20,000 nt of DNA from an uncultured virus (IMG/VR IMGVR_UViG_3300003322_001263). Lineage: Duplodnaviria > Heunggongvirae > Uroviricota > Caudoviricetes. The stretch lies in IMG/VR virus record IMGVR_UViG_3300003322_001263. One strand, written 5' to 3'. Each line of letters starts with the position of its first letter. The stretch's first letter is position 1. Below are positions 8,413 through 18,198 of this stretch, one piece after another. Made by a program: the position numbers and the translations under genes. The notes under the pieces are model-generated. The model was not told where the DNA came from, ran no database searches, and saw only the letters and a list, made by a program, of their open reading frames with translations.

Positions 8413-9288
8413 TTACATTTGTTGCCGGTTAATCATCATCTCCTTCTTGCTAATCAATGGGAAAACGTGCTGCAAACCCAAGCGGCCAGCACTTGCCGCG
8501 CAAATTCGGTCGTAGGTTCGTTTAAGACCGCCACCGTTGTAATTACTGCCGCAGCTTATTGCATAGTAATTAGCTTGCAAGTCCGCTATATCAGCCATAT
8601 TACCTCCATTAAGGCGATCCCAATACGTGGGCTTCCATTTGTATTGATGCGGTACTATACTGCATTGATTCGTGGCTATATTAATAGCCAGTTCGTCAGG
8701 TATATTATCGGCGAATTTTTTTACAGTTTGTAACGCATGCGCGCGCGCGTATACCGCGCGCATGCGCGCGAACAGCTCTTCCGCGTACATATTATTTTCA
8801 AAATAAATGAACTCGCCGCGCCATTGATACATTATGCCGTATAAATCAAATACGCTGGCAAGTTCATCTAAGTCGGCCCAAGTAGGATACTTACTGTTTA
8901 AATCGCTTTTACTTGGGTCGTCATAATTGTACATGCCTTCTGTTATCCCTGTAAACGGCACGCCTTTTAGTTTATCAAACAATTTGGCCGGGCTTTCTTT
9001 ATTAACCCATAATGTATCAACGTCCATATATATAGTACGTTCGTATGGCGTAAGCTGATCTAATTGTAGCTTAACACCAAACGGTTTCCCGTGATCGTCT
9101 ATACACATTTTATTATCAAATACATACATGAAACGTTGATTAATATGCGCAATTGCGCTATCTGTATATACTAATGTTATTTGAGTATTTAAATCAATGG
9201 CTTTTAAACTCATTGCCAAATTGTATGCCATGCGTCCATAATATGGGTGCCCTATTGCCAATAATACTATTCCTGTTTCTTGCTTCAT
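8413..9288 (-). CDS. GT-A fold glycosyltransferase (GT8-like)
   Basis: N-terminal GIVLLAIG..Y, KLQLDQLTPYERTIYMDVD (DxD), later PDELAINIA. Confidence 0.75.
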   Translation of the reverse strand: MKQETGIVLLAIGHPYYGRMAYNLAMSLKAIDLNTQITLVYTDSAIAHINQRFMYVFDNKMCIDDHGKPFGVKLQLDQLTPYERTIYMDVDTLWVNKESPAKLFDKLKGVPFTGITEGMYNYDDPSKSDLNSKYPTWADLDELASVFDLYGIMYQWRGEFIYFENNMYAEELFARMRAVYARAHALQTVKKFADNIPDELAINIATNQCSIVPHQYKWKPTYWDRLNGGNMADIADLQANYYAISCGSNYNGGGLKRTYDRICAASAGRLGLQHVFPLISKKEMMINRQQM

Positions 9289-9289
9289 A

Positions 9290-10444
9290 TTAAAAACATG
9301 TTCCTAAATAAGTGACAGTGATTTGTGACTCAACAACTAAATTTACCGGGTTGCTACCGCTGAATTGCAGTACACATATTTCGCGCTGGTGTAATGGCCC
9401 AATATTAATACTGCGTTCTATGCCGTCGCAATCGGTATAGCTGCCCGCCCTAAAGTTATCAGGATCGGTATTAAATAATTCATAATCTCCGCAGGTGTCT
9501 GCCGGGGGTGGTGTTGTGGTAGTAAATGTTATAGATGCCGACGGGCTTTCGTTGCCGGTACCGCAATTAGTTAAAATATAAAAAATATATTCTTGGCCCG
9601 GTATTAAACCAGTAATATCGGCATGATCAGACGGAGATATGGTAGCCCCGCCAACTATTGTATTATCTGGTAAGGTGCGCAATTGCCAAATATACGAAGT
9701 TGCCCCTGCTGCCGGGGTCCAATTAACGGTAACTGAGGTTGTATCTAGGTTGGTTATATTTAAACCGGTAACCATTTGGCATGCTGGTATTGTGCCATTT
9801 AAATCCGCATATACATCGGCTTCGTCAAATTGTCCATTAGCACACTGCGCCCTATACGTTAATATTTTTGCATGCGTTAATGCTGGCATTGTTGTTTGTG
9901 TGTGAACAACAATCTCATTATTTGCATTGATAACCGCGCTCGCTAAATAGTTGCTATCAAATGTAACTAAGCTAATGGTAATAGGGTTGCAACATATTTC
10001 ATCATTAGCAAGTACATCTATAGTATAATCTGTATTTTCGTTTAACGTACCTGCATCGTCATCATTGGCAACAACCTGTATCATTTCTTGGCAAGTGCCG
10101 CAATTGCTATTAGTAGCATTGAATGGGCTTACCTCTGCTTTAAATTTGCCTTGCGCCAATGGATGGCTTAGAAAATCCTGCCATTCAATTTGATAATCAC
10201 CTTCTTGCGTTATAACGCCAACATATTTGTCACCTTCTACTTGAACGCTATCATGCACAAGCGCAATTTTTAAACGCTCATGTAACTTCTCAGGAATGCT
10301 GTCGGTAAGCCCTTCATATACCTTGCGCACAACAACGCTCAGCGTTACAGTAACTCCATTAGCTTTGCGATACCTGTTGGCATCTTCTAAAAACTGCGGT
10401 TTATGCAATTTAAAAGGTAGTCGTATGCGGTTGCTAAAGCTCAT
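9290..10444 (-). CDS. Virion/tail protein with Ig-like (Big_9/cadherin-like) and fibronectin type III domains
   Basis: VANDD..YTIDVLAND Ig signature; TSVTVNW..GATSY..TGLIPGQEY..C..TFTT FN3 signature (~9520-9781); Cys-rich C-terminal domain. Confidence 0.75.
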   Translation of the reverse strand: MSFSNRIRLPFKLHKPQFLEDANRYRKANGVTVTLSVVVRKVYEGLTDSIPEKLHERLKIALVHDSVQVEGDKYVGVITQEGDYQIEWQDFLSHPLAQGKFKAEVSPFNATNSNCGTCQEMIQVVANDDDAGTLNENTDYTIDVLANDEICCNPITISLVTFDSNYLASAVINANNEIVVHTQTTMPALTHAKILTYRAQCANGQFDEADVYADLNGTIPACQMVTGLNITNLDTTSVTVNWTPAAGATSYIWQLRTLPDNTIVGGATISPSDHADITGLIPGQEYIFYILTNCGTGNESPSASITFTTTTPPPADTCGDYELFNTDPDNFRAGSYTDCDGIERSINIGPLHQREICVLQFSGSNPVNLVVESQITVTYLGTCF

Positions 10445-10554
10445 TATATGATTATTGTTGTATTGGTTTCTAATTCAACTGTCATTGTTATTGATGGCGC
10501 ATCAACCACATGTATAATTGTAATAACGTCATTAAATTCAAATTCTATAATCAT
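10444..10554 (-). CDS. 36-aa Ile/Thr/Val-rich microprotein, not in the ORF track
   Basis: ATGA overlap upstream and TAATG overlap downstream; MIIEFEFNDVITIIHVVDAPSITMTVELETNTTIII. Confidence 0.7.
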   Translation of the reverse strand: MIIEFEFNDVITIIHVVDAPSITMTVELETNTTIII

Positions 10555-10940
10555 ATGGTTGTATAGCTTTTCTTTACTTTAAAGTTGCCTGTTAAAATAT
10601 ATTGCTGCGTGCCATCACCATATTTAACAAGTAAATCGTATTTATAATTATCAACGGTTAGTTTAATAATATCATCAAACTGCAATACATTATTCCCAAC
10701 ACCGCCTATGGTTGGCACAAGGTCTTGCTTAAAAGTAAAATCAAATGTGCCGGTATTATCAGCGCATGAACTGCAACCACAATCAGCGTTTTGCCGAATG
10801 CTCATTTTTACGTCGGCGCCGGTTAGATTTATTGGCTGGCTAAGGCTATCTAAAAATGTTATAGTAGCGTTAAACGTTTGGTTTTGTTTAACTGTTATAT
10901 CTAACCGTTTTGCAATTGTTGCATCAAGTACGCTGCTCAT
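10551..10940 (-). CDS. Beta-sandwich tail/baseplate accessory protein (BppU N-terminal-like)
   Basis: DITVKQNQTF..PINLTGADVKMSIR..YKYDLLV..GNFKV pattern; ATG 10940 preferred over 10952. Confidence 0.65.
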   Translation of the reverse strand: MSSVLDATIAKRLDITVKQNQTFNATITFLDSLSQPINLTGADVKMSIRQNADCGCSSCADNTGTFDFTFKQDLVPTIGGVGNNVLQFDDIIKLTVDNYKYDLLVKYGDGTQQYILTGNFKVKKSYTTI

Positions 10941-11091
10941 AAATGTATTCATTTAATAACACAGGCCAATATATAGCACTGCATAAAATTATAATAAAAT
11001 AAACTGCATGCACCATCAAAATATTATATCTTTTCCACCCAACATACGCCGAAACCATTACCCCAACAATATAATAAATAAGCAAAATCAT
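10924..11091 (-). CDS. Two-TM small membrane protein (55 aa), not in the ORF track
   Basis: ATGA overlap at 11091-11088; MILLIYYIVGVMVSAYVGWKRYNILMVHAVYFIIILCSAIYWPVLLNEYIYEQRT. Confidence 0.6.
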   Translation of the reverse strand: MILLIYYIVGVMVSAYVGWKRYNILMVHAVYFIIILCSAIYWPVLLNEYIYEQRT

Positions 11092-11237
11092 TTGCCTTTA
11101 TTTTTAAAATAATCCACCTGCTTAAGTCGTTTAACGGCTGCGCTTTTTGTCATACCGGGTTTGCTTAATGCCTTGTTGCCTGCTTTATTAAATACTTGGC
11201 AAGTCTTCTTGCCGTTTTTGGTTGTGCATTTTATCAT
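11088..11237 (-). CDS. Very basic 49-aa protein, not in the ORF track
   Basis: MIKCTTKNGKKTCQVFNKAGNKALSKPGMTKSAAVKRLKQVDYFKNKGK; KRLxQVxYFK ending recalls a small phage protein family. Confidence 0.7.
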   Translation of the reverse strand: MIKCTTKNGKKTCQVFNKAGNKALSKPGMTKSAAVKRLKQVDYFKNKGK

Positions 11238-11376
11238 AACTATTGGCTTTATAATAAAAATAAATAAATCTTACATATGCAATAGGATAATATACAATTT
11301 CGCGCATTGTAAATTTACCTATATATACTGCAGATTGCTTTATAAAAAACCTGCTTAACAAAATGAATTTTTTCAT
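11188..11376 (-). CDS. Hypothetical protein (62 aa)
   Basis: ATG 1 nt after the upstream stop, but overlaps the next ORF by 50 nt. Confidence 0.45.
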   Translation of the reverse strand: MKKFILLSRFFIKQSAVYIGKFTMREIVYYPIAYVRFIYFYYKANSYDKMHNQKRQEDLPSI

Positions 11377-11377
11377 A

Positions 11378-12127
11378 CTACATAATTTTTATAAATCCGC
11401 TTGCGTTGCCGCCAAAATCAAAATGTATGTTCGTTGGCGGGTATGTGTCTAATGAAATAACAATGCCAGCCGCAACTAACTCATGCGTAACCGGGTCTTC
11501 TATCCACGCTTGAACATTTGGCGTCAAGCCATATTTGGCTTGCAAGAATGCAGTCCATGGAATATCCAATGTTGCTTGATTAGTAAATTCTATAATGGTT
11601 GGTTCGCATTCGGCAATGTCTTGGCCAACGTCTTCGCCTGCGCAATAATTAAAACCAAATGCGTTTTCGGCATTAGTATATTCAAGCACGCTAGTATGAC
11701 AGTCATCAAATATACGCTGGAAGCAGTTGCTACAAAATGTTTGGTCGTCAATGGTTGGCTTGCTAATCATAATACGAAAACATTCGCCAATTTCTATGTA
11801 ATTAAAAAATGACGGTAGCCCCTGTTGCCATACATACAATATGCGTGTTGGGCTTATACGATAACGTGTTGGCTTTTCAATGAACTGTACAGCATAGGGG
11901 TCGCCGCAATTTTGCACCAACCCAACAACAATAGGTTCGCTATTAATTGTACAAAGCGCAGCACTTTCCGCTTCGGTATCGCTTTCAATTACAAACTGAA
12001 ACCATACATCATTAACGTCAAATACGGGCAAGCACATTTCTTCAGTTGTAAATTCGCAATCTACAATGTCGTCCGTATCGTCAAACTGGACGAAGCTAAA
12101 TTCGCTTGTTAATATTCTATACGACAT
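11378..12127 (-). CDS. Putative tail structural protein (249 aa), acidic and Cys-rich
   Basis: Position in the tail operon; C-terminal 77 aa paralogous to ORF 19733..19975. Confidence 0.7.
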   Translation of the reverse strand: MSYRILTSEFSFVQFDDTDDIVDCEFTTEEMCLPVFDVNDVWFQFVIESDTEAESAALCTINSEPIVVGLVQNCGDPYAVQFIEKPTRYRISPTRILYVWQQGLPSFFNYIEIGECFRIMISKPTIDDQTFCSNCFQRIFDDCHTSVLEYTNAENAFGFNYCAGEDVGQDIAECEPTIIEFTNQATLDIPWTAFLQAKYGLTPNVQAWIEDPVTHELVAAGIVISLDTYPPTNIHFDFGGNASGFIKIM

Positions 12128-12429
12128 TATGTTGTCCTGTTAGGTATAAATATATTAAATTCATTTATTAGCATGTTCTTAAAATTTTCATACGGCATGC
12201 ATATCGCGTATGCGCGCGCGCCCACCAATTCAACCGTAGTACAGGCTTCATCTTCGCTTGGGTTAAACCTTGCTATCAAATCTATGTCTATTACTATGTT
12301 ACTAGTATCGTCTGTTTTAGGCCACTTATCACGGTCGTCGCCGTGCATTATTTCGTAAGCCCTTACTTGTTCGTCGTTATAATTTCCACTCCATTTGACA
12401 GTAAATTCAACTAATCTCATACGCCCCAT
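12127..12429 (-). CDS. Hypothetical protein (100 aa)
   Basis: Overlaps both neighbouring genes. Confidence 0.7.
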   Translation of the reverse strand: MGRMRLVEFTVKWSGNYNDEQVRAYEIMHGDDRDKWPKTDDTSNIVIDIDLIARFNPSEDEACTTVELVGARAYAICMPYENFKNMLINEFNIFIPNRTT

Positions 12430-14645
12430 TTTTTACGTAATGTAAAATTAGCCATGCCTTGGGCTGGCCGGTATTTTATTTCTTTTATAAACCCTTTTTG
12501 TATTGTGGTATCTGTATTGCACGTATACGCAATATAACCGTATGGGCTGGCCTTAAGCTGATTCCATTGGGCCAAGCTTAATGGATATTCAAAACTCGCG
12601 TACTCGTTCTTAAAAAGCGGCGTAGCATCAGCCGCGTTTGCAAAATTAGCAATACCAAGGTTGCCATTTTCGTCAATGTTATTTATACCGTTTTCTAGGC
12701 GGCATGGCGGAACATCGTCTAATTGGCCACTGGCTAAAAAATTTGCTGTGCCTGCATTAAAAAATAATTTACTTGCGCTGCTATATATACTTGCATAAGT
12801 GCCCACAATGCTTTTAAACCAGCGCATCAGGTTGTGTAATGGGCTTATTCTATAATTTTTTACAGTGGCGGGCTGGAAAATATTTATTGGATTTAAAATA
12901 TGATTTTGCTCAACTAAAAAAGGGCTACCCCCGCGCGTTAGGCAAAATATAAAAGTTTCCGTATCGTAAGTAGTATCAGCCGCGCCGCTGGCTGCAAAGC
13001 TTTGCTGCCGTGTAATTTCAATTGGATAGCTACCTGCTATAAGGCTGCTAGTTATATCCAATGTTGTGCTTATGGTTTCTACGTTAGTACGGTATTCGCG
13101 ATTACTATTAAATTCATTTAGGCCATTAACGGCTTCTACTTCCCACTTTTTGTAACCAACGCTTATCTTGGCATAATGTAAGTTCTCTTGAATTTCGTTG
13201 CTAACTTCGGCTATGGCGTCAAGCAGTAACATTTGCGCATCCTTGTAAAAGAATTGAACTGGCTCAATTTGCAATATGCTACGCCCGGCATAGGTAGGGT
13301 CATCAGTTATGGAAAACCCTATATTGTCAATGCCATTAAGCCCGGCAATCAATTCTTTTGGGCTTATAAAAGTTTTTGCATCGGGTGCATTACGCAACTT
13401 AAGGCCACCGGTTATCATGCGCAAGCCACCGCATCCGTCTTGTGGAAATGCAAATGGTTGGCTATCGGTGCGACCATAGTATTCGCTTTTAACACGTATA
13501 CACCCGTTTGTAACATTTTCAACTATGCGGCTTAGTGCTTCATGCACCATATAATATTGAACGTCTGTACTTGGGCACAGCTTAATAGCTTCTATATCAA
13601 AAAGCGTTTCTTTATCAAAATCAATTTCAATATCGCATTCATCATTAACTATGCGCAACCCAATCACTGCATAAAAGCCTTCTCCGCTTGGTATGGTTGT
13701 AGTACCGGTAAGTGTATCGTCAAAAGCAAAATCAAACGGCGGGTCTGGTAAATCGTTTGGCAACTGCGCAGTATAGTCGAATAATATGTTTTCTGCAATA
13801 ATTGTCCCGTCTACAAATATGTCACCTGTGCCGTCCCATTGCAAAATAGTGTGTTTTAAAATAAAAACACCATTTGAAGTACCGGTAACATGTAGCGTAC
13901 CCTTCATTCTACTTGTGTATGTAAAATTACCATCAAAGCAAGTAAGGCTATCTTCAAACAATAACTGAGGCGTTAATGGCCCATCGCAATTAGTTGGAAC
14001 AACCGCCGTGTTATTGGTTACGCAGCTATTCACTGCCGTTAATTGCCCTGTAGCTATATTATTATAACGTTCTACGGTATAGTCTGGGCGCATGTACACA
14101 CTGGCAAAACTAACGCCAACAAGCGATGCCACATTTGTATTAAATACAAACCCACTATCTGCTACGCTGCCATCAACAGCCGATTGTAGCGCCTTGGCAG
14201 GTATTGGCATAAGCTGCCCTAATTGCGTATACGCGGGCAATACAGTTGTTGCATCGCTTGCAAATACGCTATCTATATCAACCTTGTTATCGAACCTATT
14301 ATTAAAGGTAACTGTACAACTTTTTTCTTCAAACGGTATTTCTACAATGCAGGGCGTGCCGCAACTATCTTTATATTTTCCAAAGTTTAAACGGCCCTCA
14401 ATTACTGTTTCGTAGTCTTCGTCGCAAGTTGCAGTTGCTTTAAATGTAACATCTGCGCTTATGGTATACTGATCTTTTTGTTGTTGTAAATATGTGGCAC
14501 CTGTGCCCCAAAAGCGCAATGTGCTAGTACTGGCTAAGAACTGCATGCCATGATAAGTGTCATCACGCTTCATACTTAATTCAAAGTCGGCCCAACCAAT
14601 AGGCTCTTCTATTTCGGTATCATTTAAATAGAACTTATAGTCCAT
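12417..14645 (-). CDS. Tail tip / baseplate-hub-like structural protein (742 aa)
   Basis: Large beta-rich ORF downstream of the tape measure gene; N-terminal EPIGW..KRD..YHG. Confidence 0.7.
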   Translation of the reverse strand: MDYKFYLNDTEIEEPIGWADFELSMKRDDTYHGMQFLASTSTLRFWGTGATYLQQQKDQYTISADVTFKATATCDEDYETVIEGRLNFGKYKDSCGTPCIVEIPFEEKSCTVTFNNRFDNKVDIDSVFASDATTVLPAYTQLGQLMPIPAKALQSAVDGSVADSGFVFNTNVASLVGVSFASVYMRPDYTVERYNNIATGQLTAVNSCVTNNTAVVPTNCDGPLTPQLLFEDSLTCFDGNFTYTSRMKGTLHVTGTSNGVFILKHTILQWDGTGDIFVDGTIIAENILFDYTAQLPNDLPDPPFDFAFDDTLTGTTTIPSGEGFYAVIGLRIVNDECDIEIDFDKETLFDIEAIKLCPSTDVQYYMVHEALSRIVENVTNGCIRVKSEYYGRTDSQPFAFPQDGCGGLRMITGGLKLRNAPDAKTFISPKELIAGLNGIDNIGFSITDDPTYAGRSILQIEPVQFFYKDAQMLLLDAIAEVSNEIQENLHYAKISVGYKKWEVEAVNGLNEFNSNREYRTNVETISTTLDITSSLIAGSYPIEITRQQSFAASGAADTTYDTETFIFCLTRGGSPFLVEQNHILNPINIFQPATVKNYRISPLHNLMRWFKSIVGTYASIYSSASKLFFNAGTANFLASGQLDDVPPCRLENGINNIDENGNLGIANFANAADATPLFKNEYASFEYPLSLAQWNQLKASPYGYIAYTCNTDTTIQKGFIKEIKYRPAQGMANFTLRKKWGV

Positions 14646-14850
14646 CGGTATCGCGCAAGTTTATACCCGTTAAGAAATAAGTATAGCCGTCTATAAAAAG
14701 CATACTGCCGCGCAATAATGCCATTGCTACATTATTAATCTGTTCTTCATTTTCTGCTTTCAAATCTTGAAGGAACTCAATCCAAGTTACGCCTACTTTA
14801 TCAATAGGGTTGCCTTGCGTGTGCTTGGTTATTACTTCTACTTTTTCCAT
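14635..14850 (-). CDS. Hypothetical protein (71 aa)
   Basis: Fills the gap between tape measure and tail genes. Confidence 0.65.
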   Translation of the reverse strand: MEKVEVITKHTQGNPIDKVGVTWIEFLQDLKAENEEQINNVAMALLRGSMLFIDGYTYFLTGINLRDTDGL

Positions 14851-14853
14851 ATC

Positions 14854-17800
14854 TTATTTTTTAAACCCCCTACGGTTATCTAAATATGTTTCCATGCTGT
14901 TACCTTTTTTGAACCAAGTCAACAAACCTTTTTCGTTTATATTCAAACCCATCTGCGGCATATTGCTGCTTATTACTTTGCCAAGCTTATCGTAGTCTAT
15001 CATATTGCCGCCATCGGCAATATGATGATATTCTTTTGTCTGTGCATCCTTAACTATATATGGCTGCATGGCATTGCGTTCTAGCATGGCAATTGTTTCA
15101 GCCGGGTTAAACACTTTATCATGCTTTCCTACCCAAACAACGCTACTCTTTTTTGCAAGGTACATATCACCGTTATGTTGCCATAATTCGGGGCCGGTTT
15201 CACCGATTTCGGCTGGGCCTTCGTAATTGTTTTTCTTACCTTTGCCAAATTTAGGTATAGGCTTGCTTGCAATTAATGCTACTTGTGCCGCGCCAAGGGC
15301 CGCAACAATAGCAGCGAACACCGGGCCCCCTTCAGCAAGGGCTTTAACGGTTGCAGCGGCGGCGTTGATAATTGCTTGGAATAGCGCAATTGCTTTGTCG
15401 CGTTGTGCTTGCTTACGCTTAAGGGCATTTTCTTCAGCGTCTAACCGTTTTTGCCGGGCCGCGGCTTCTTTTTCGGTAATGGCACCGGCATCTTTTAGGG
15501 CATCAATTTGCTTGCGCTGTTCGTCTATGCGCATTTGTTCGCGGTCGGTTTGTTGCTGACCAAAATCGCTAATTATTTGTAATACTTGGTTAGCTGTATC
15601 AACCGTAAATTGGACCTGCTTTTGAAATGTTTCTTTTTGCAGTTCCCGCTTCTTTAATTCTGTATTTTCAACTACTTCAAGTTCTTTATCTTTAAGCTGC
15701 GCCAACTTTAAATTATAATCCTGTTGGCTTATAAGCCCGCGCTTAAGGCTTTCATCAAGAGCATCTTCCTGCTTATATATTGCATCCAATTCTATACCGG
15801 CAAGCCTATTAACTGCGTTTATGCGTTCGCTTAACGACTTCCTAGTATTTGCTACTATGCGTTCATTTGCACGAGTTATTGCTCCATTTCTAGCAGCGTC
15901 CATTGCAAGTTCTTCTTCTAAGCTTTTTTGCAATGTAGCCAACCGGGCGGTGCGTATATCTTCGTCCATCTTGGCGCGTATTGCAGTTATTTTATCCGCC
16001 TCACCTTTGGCGGCGTCTATTTCTAACTGCGCTTGCAAAATAATATTCTGTTCTGTTAAGCCTAGCCGCTCTTGGTTGGTTTTATTAAGCTGGCTTAACT
16101 GTGCATTATTCAAGCTAATCTGATCATTTATTGCATCCGCTGTACTTTGTTTATTGAATTCTTTTTGTAATTGCAACTGATCAAGTAAAGCCTTTTCACG
16201 TATGGCGGTTTTTTGCTTTTCGGTTAAGCCAGTGGCAAGTAAATCTAATGCAGCTTTTTCTTGTATAACCTTTTTTTCTGCATCTATTTCTTTTTGTGAT
16301 TGACGAACTGTTATATCTTCACGTGCTGCTTGTATTTTTTGTAAAGCCGTTTCTGCAGCAACAACCCTATCGTTTTGCTGAACGCGCGCAAACTCTGCAT
16401 TAAGTTCTCGTATCTTTGCCTGTAGCTGCCGTTCTATAAGTATGCGCTTTTCTGTGTTATCACCGGCTTCGTTTAATGCAATGGCTGCTTGCGCGCGCGC
16501 GCTTTGCTTTGCTAACGAAAGTTCTTCAGCGCTGTTTTTACGCGCCAATGCTAACCGGCCATCTATACCATCTGCAACAGCTTGCAGTTGTTCGGTTTGT
16601 AATTGTTTTTCACGTTCGATTATTTTAATGCGAACTTGGCTGGCCGTATCTAACCGTTGCTGTTGTATTTTTTGGTAGCCATCTAAAAATTTTTGACTTT
16701 CGTCTAACAGGTCTTGATTAAATTCTTGTTCGCCGGTGCGTATTTTATTTATAGTTTCTTGTGCTATTTCTGCCCGGCCCCTATTTTCTTCTTCTATACT
16801 TTTAATGGCTTCTTGCGTAGAAAGAAGATCATTTATTTCTGCTTGAGTTATTTCGCTTTGCTTATCGCCGCGGGCCTTAGCCGCTGCCGCCAATTCATTT
16901 TGTATCCTTGCGCTTTGCTGCAATGTTTTATTTATATCGGTTTGTTGCGCTTCTAACGTATCATTAAATCCGGTTATATCTTTAGTCAATTGTTTAGTGG
17001 CTGCGCTTGTGCTTTTAAGCCAAAATACCAAAGCTGTTAGACCAAGCACTACGGCACCTATACCGGTTGTTGCAAACGCTACTCGTAATACAGCCATAAG
17101 GCCAATGCTTTCGCCTACAACGATATTATAAGCTTTTTGGGCGACTGTTTGCAAAAAGGTAGCTGCGGCACTTTCTTTTTGCAAGGCGTTGCCTATGGTC
17201 TGTAAACCCTGTAATATAGCGAGCGCACTATTTACCTTAAGCATTACTTCCTGCAATTGCTCATTGTCGTCCGTAAAAAGGCCAACCGCGCCTTGCGCAA
17301 CTGCAAAAGCACCGGCCAAGCCCTGTACGGTTTGTATTGCCCCATCTAATTTGCTTGTATCACTGGCAAAGTTATTTACCTGTTGAGCGGCATCGCTTAT
17401 GGTATCTTTAAGTTCCCCGGCAGCTTTAGCAAGGGCAAAATATTGTTCAGTGTTATCTTCACCGCGCAGTTTCATTTCGGCAAGCTGTAAGGTCATTTGC
17501 TTTAACTGCGCCTTAAGGCTCTTGGAGCTTTTTTCGGTATTTTCGTTGTTCTTATTAATAAGCTTGCCAAACTCATCAAATTCAAAGCCAGCTTCTTTAA
17601 GCGTATCTACAATGCCTTCGCTAAAACCACTAACGAAGTCAGTTATAAACTGTTCTATTCTGGCTTCCATTGCGGCAATGGTCTTTGCGTTCTGGTCTTC
17701 GGTGGATTTAAGTTGCTTGTTTAATCCATCAATAACCTGTTGCCTACGTGCCAATTCTGCATTCGTAGCTTTAAACTGATCTGCTGCCTTCTTGTCTATT

Positions 17801-17898
17801 TGACCATTGCGCAATAATGTTTGTTGCGCATTCTCTATTTGCTTATCATCTACAACAAACTCAATAAATACGGTTTCCGTACTAGTTGCTGTCGCCAT
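14854..17898 (-). CDS. Tape measure protein (1014 aa)
   Basis: Ala/Gln/Glu/Lys-rich helical protein with hydrophobic Gly/Ala segments and C-terminal GAAQVALIASKPIPKFGKG; follows a frameshifting chaperone-like gene. Confidence 0.85.
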   Translation of the reverse strand: MATATSTETVFIEFVVDDKQIENAQQTLLRNGQIDKKAADQFKATNAELARRQQVIDGLNKQLKSTEDQNAKTIAAMEARIEQFITDFVSGFSEGIVDTLKEAGFEFDEFGKLINKNNENTEKSSKSLKAQLKQMTLQLAEMKLRGEDNTEQYFALAKAAGELKDTISDAAQQVNNFASDTSKLDGAIQTVQGLAGAFAVAQGAVGLFTDDNEQLQEVMLKVNSALAILQGLQTIGNALQKESAAATFLQTVAQKAYNIVVGESIGLMAVLRVAFATTGIGAVVLGLTALVFWLKSTSAATKQLTKDITGFNDTLEAQQTDINKTLQQSARIQNELAAAAKARGDKQSEITQAEINDLLSTQEAIKSIEEENRGRAEIAQETINKIRTGEQEFNQDLLDESQKFLDGYQKIQQQRLDTASQVRIKIIEREKQLQTEQLQAVADGIDGRLALARKNSAEELSLAKQSARAQAAIALNEAGDNTEKRILIERQLQAKIRELNAEFARVQQNDRVVAAETALQKIQAAREDITVRQSQKEIDAEKKVIQEKAALDLLATGLTEKQKTAIREKALLDQLQLQKEFNKQSTADAINDQISLNNAQLSQLNKTNQERLGLTEQNIILQAQLEIDAAKGEADKITAIRAKMDEDIRTARLATLQKSLEEELAMDAARNGAITRANERIVANTRKSLSERINAVNRLAGIELDAIYKQEDALDESLKRGLISQQDYNLKLAQLKDKELEVVENTELKKRELQKETFQKQVQFTVDTANQVLQIISDFGQQQTDREQMRIDEQRKQIDALKDAGAITEKEAAARQKRLDAEENALKRKQAQRDKAIALFQAIINAAAATVKALAEGGPVFAAIVAALGAAQVALIASKPIPKFGKGKKNNYEGPAEIGETGPELWQHNGDMYLAKKSSVVWVGKHDKVFNPAETIAMLERNAMQPYIVKDAQTKEYHHIADGGNMIDYDKLGKVISSNMPQMGLNINEKGLLTWFKKGNSMETYLDNRRGFKK

Positions 17899-18198
17899 TT
17901 ATTTTCTCCCGTTGCGTTGCGCTTTTTTGATTTGCTTTTCTGTTTCAATTATCTTCTTGTTAAGCATAATAAAAAAGTCAAGCATGGGCATCTTACTAAT
18001 GTGATCTATTTTCACCGGATCATTGTCACCAAGCCAGCTCATTTGATCAAACCAACTATCTAAGCACTTTTGGATAATATATCGCGGAGCTTGGTTTGAT
18101 GTATCTGATCTATCATTATCGTCGCGTCCAAATAGCTTTGCGCACGTTCTTTGGATAATGCTCCAATCGGAATCAAATCTTTGAACGGCACACTCAAA
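17899..18198 (-). CDS. -1 frameshift extension (gpT-like) of the tail assembly chaperone
   Basis: -1 frame open from the T9 run (18204-18196) to TAA 17901-17899, abutting the TMP ATG; 99 extra residues. Confidence 0.7.
   Translation of the reverse strand, partial: FECAVQRFDSDWSIIQRTCAKLFGRDDNDRSDTSNQAPRYIIQKCLDSWFDQMSWLGDNDPVKIDHISKMPMLDFFIMLNKKIIETEKQIKKAQRNGRK

Noticed and set aside
9290..12127. Diversity-generating retroelement target
   Set aside because: No reverse transcriptase and no near-identical adenine-variant repeat seen; the duplicated domain is diverged throughout
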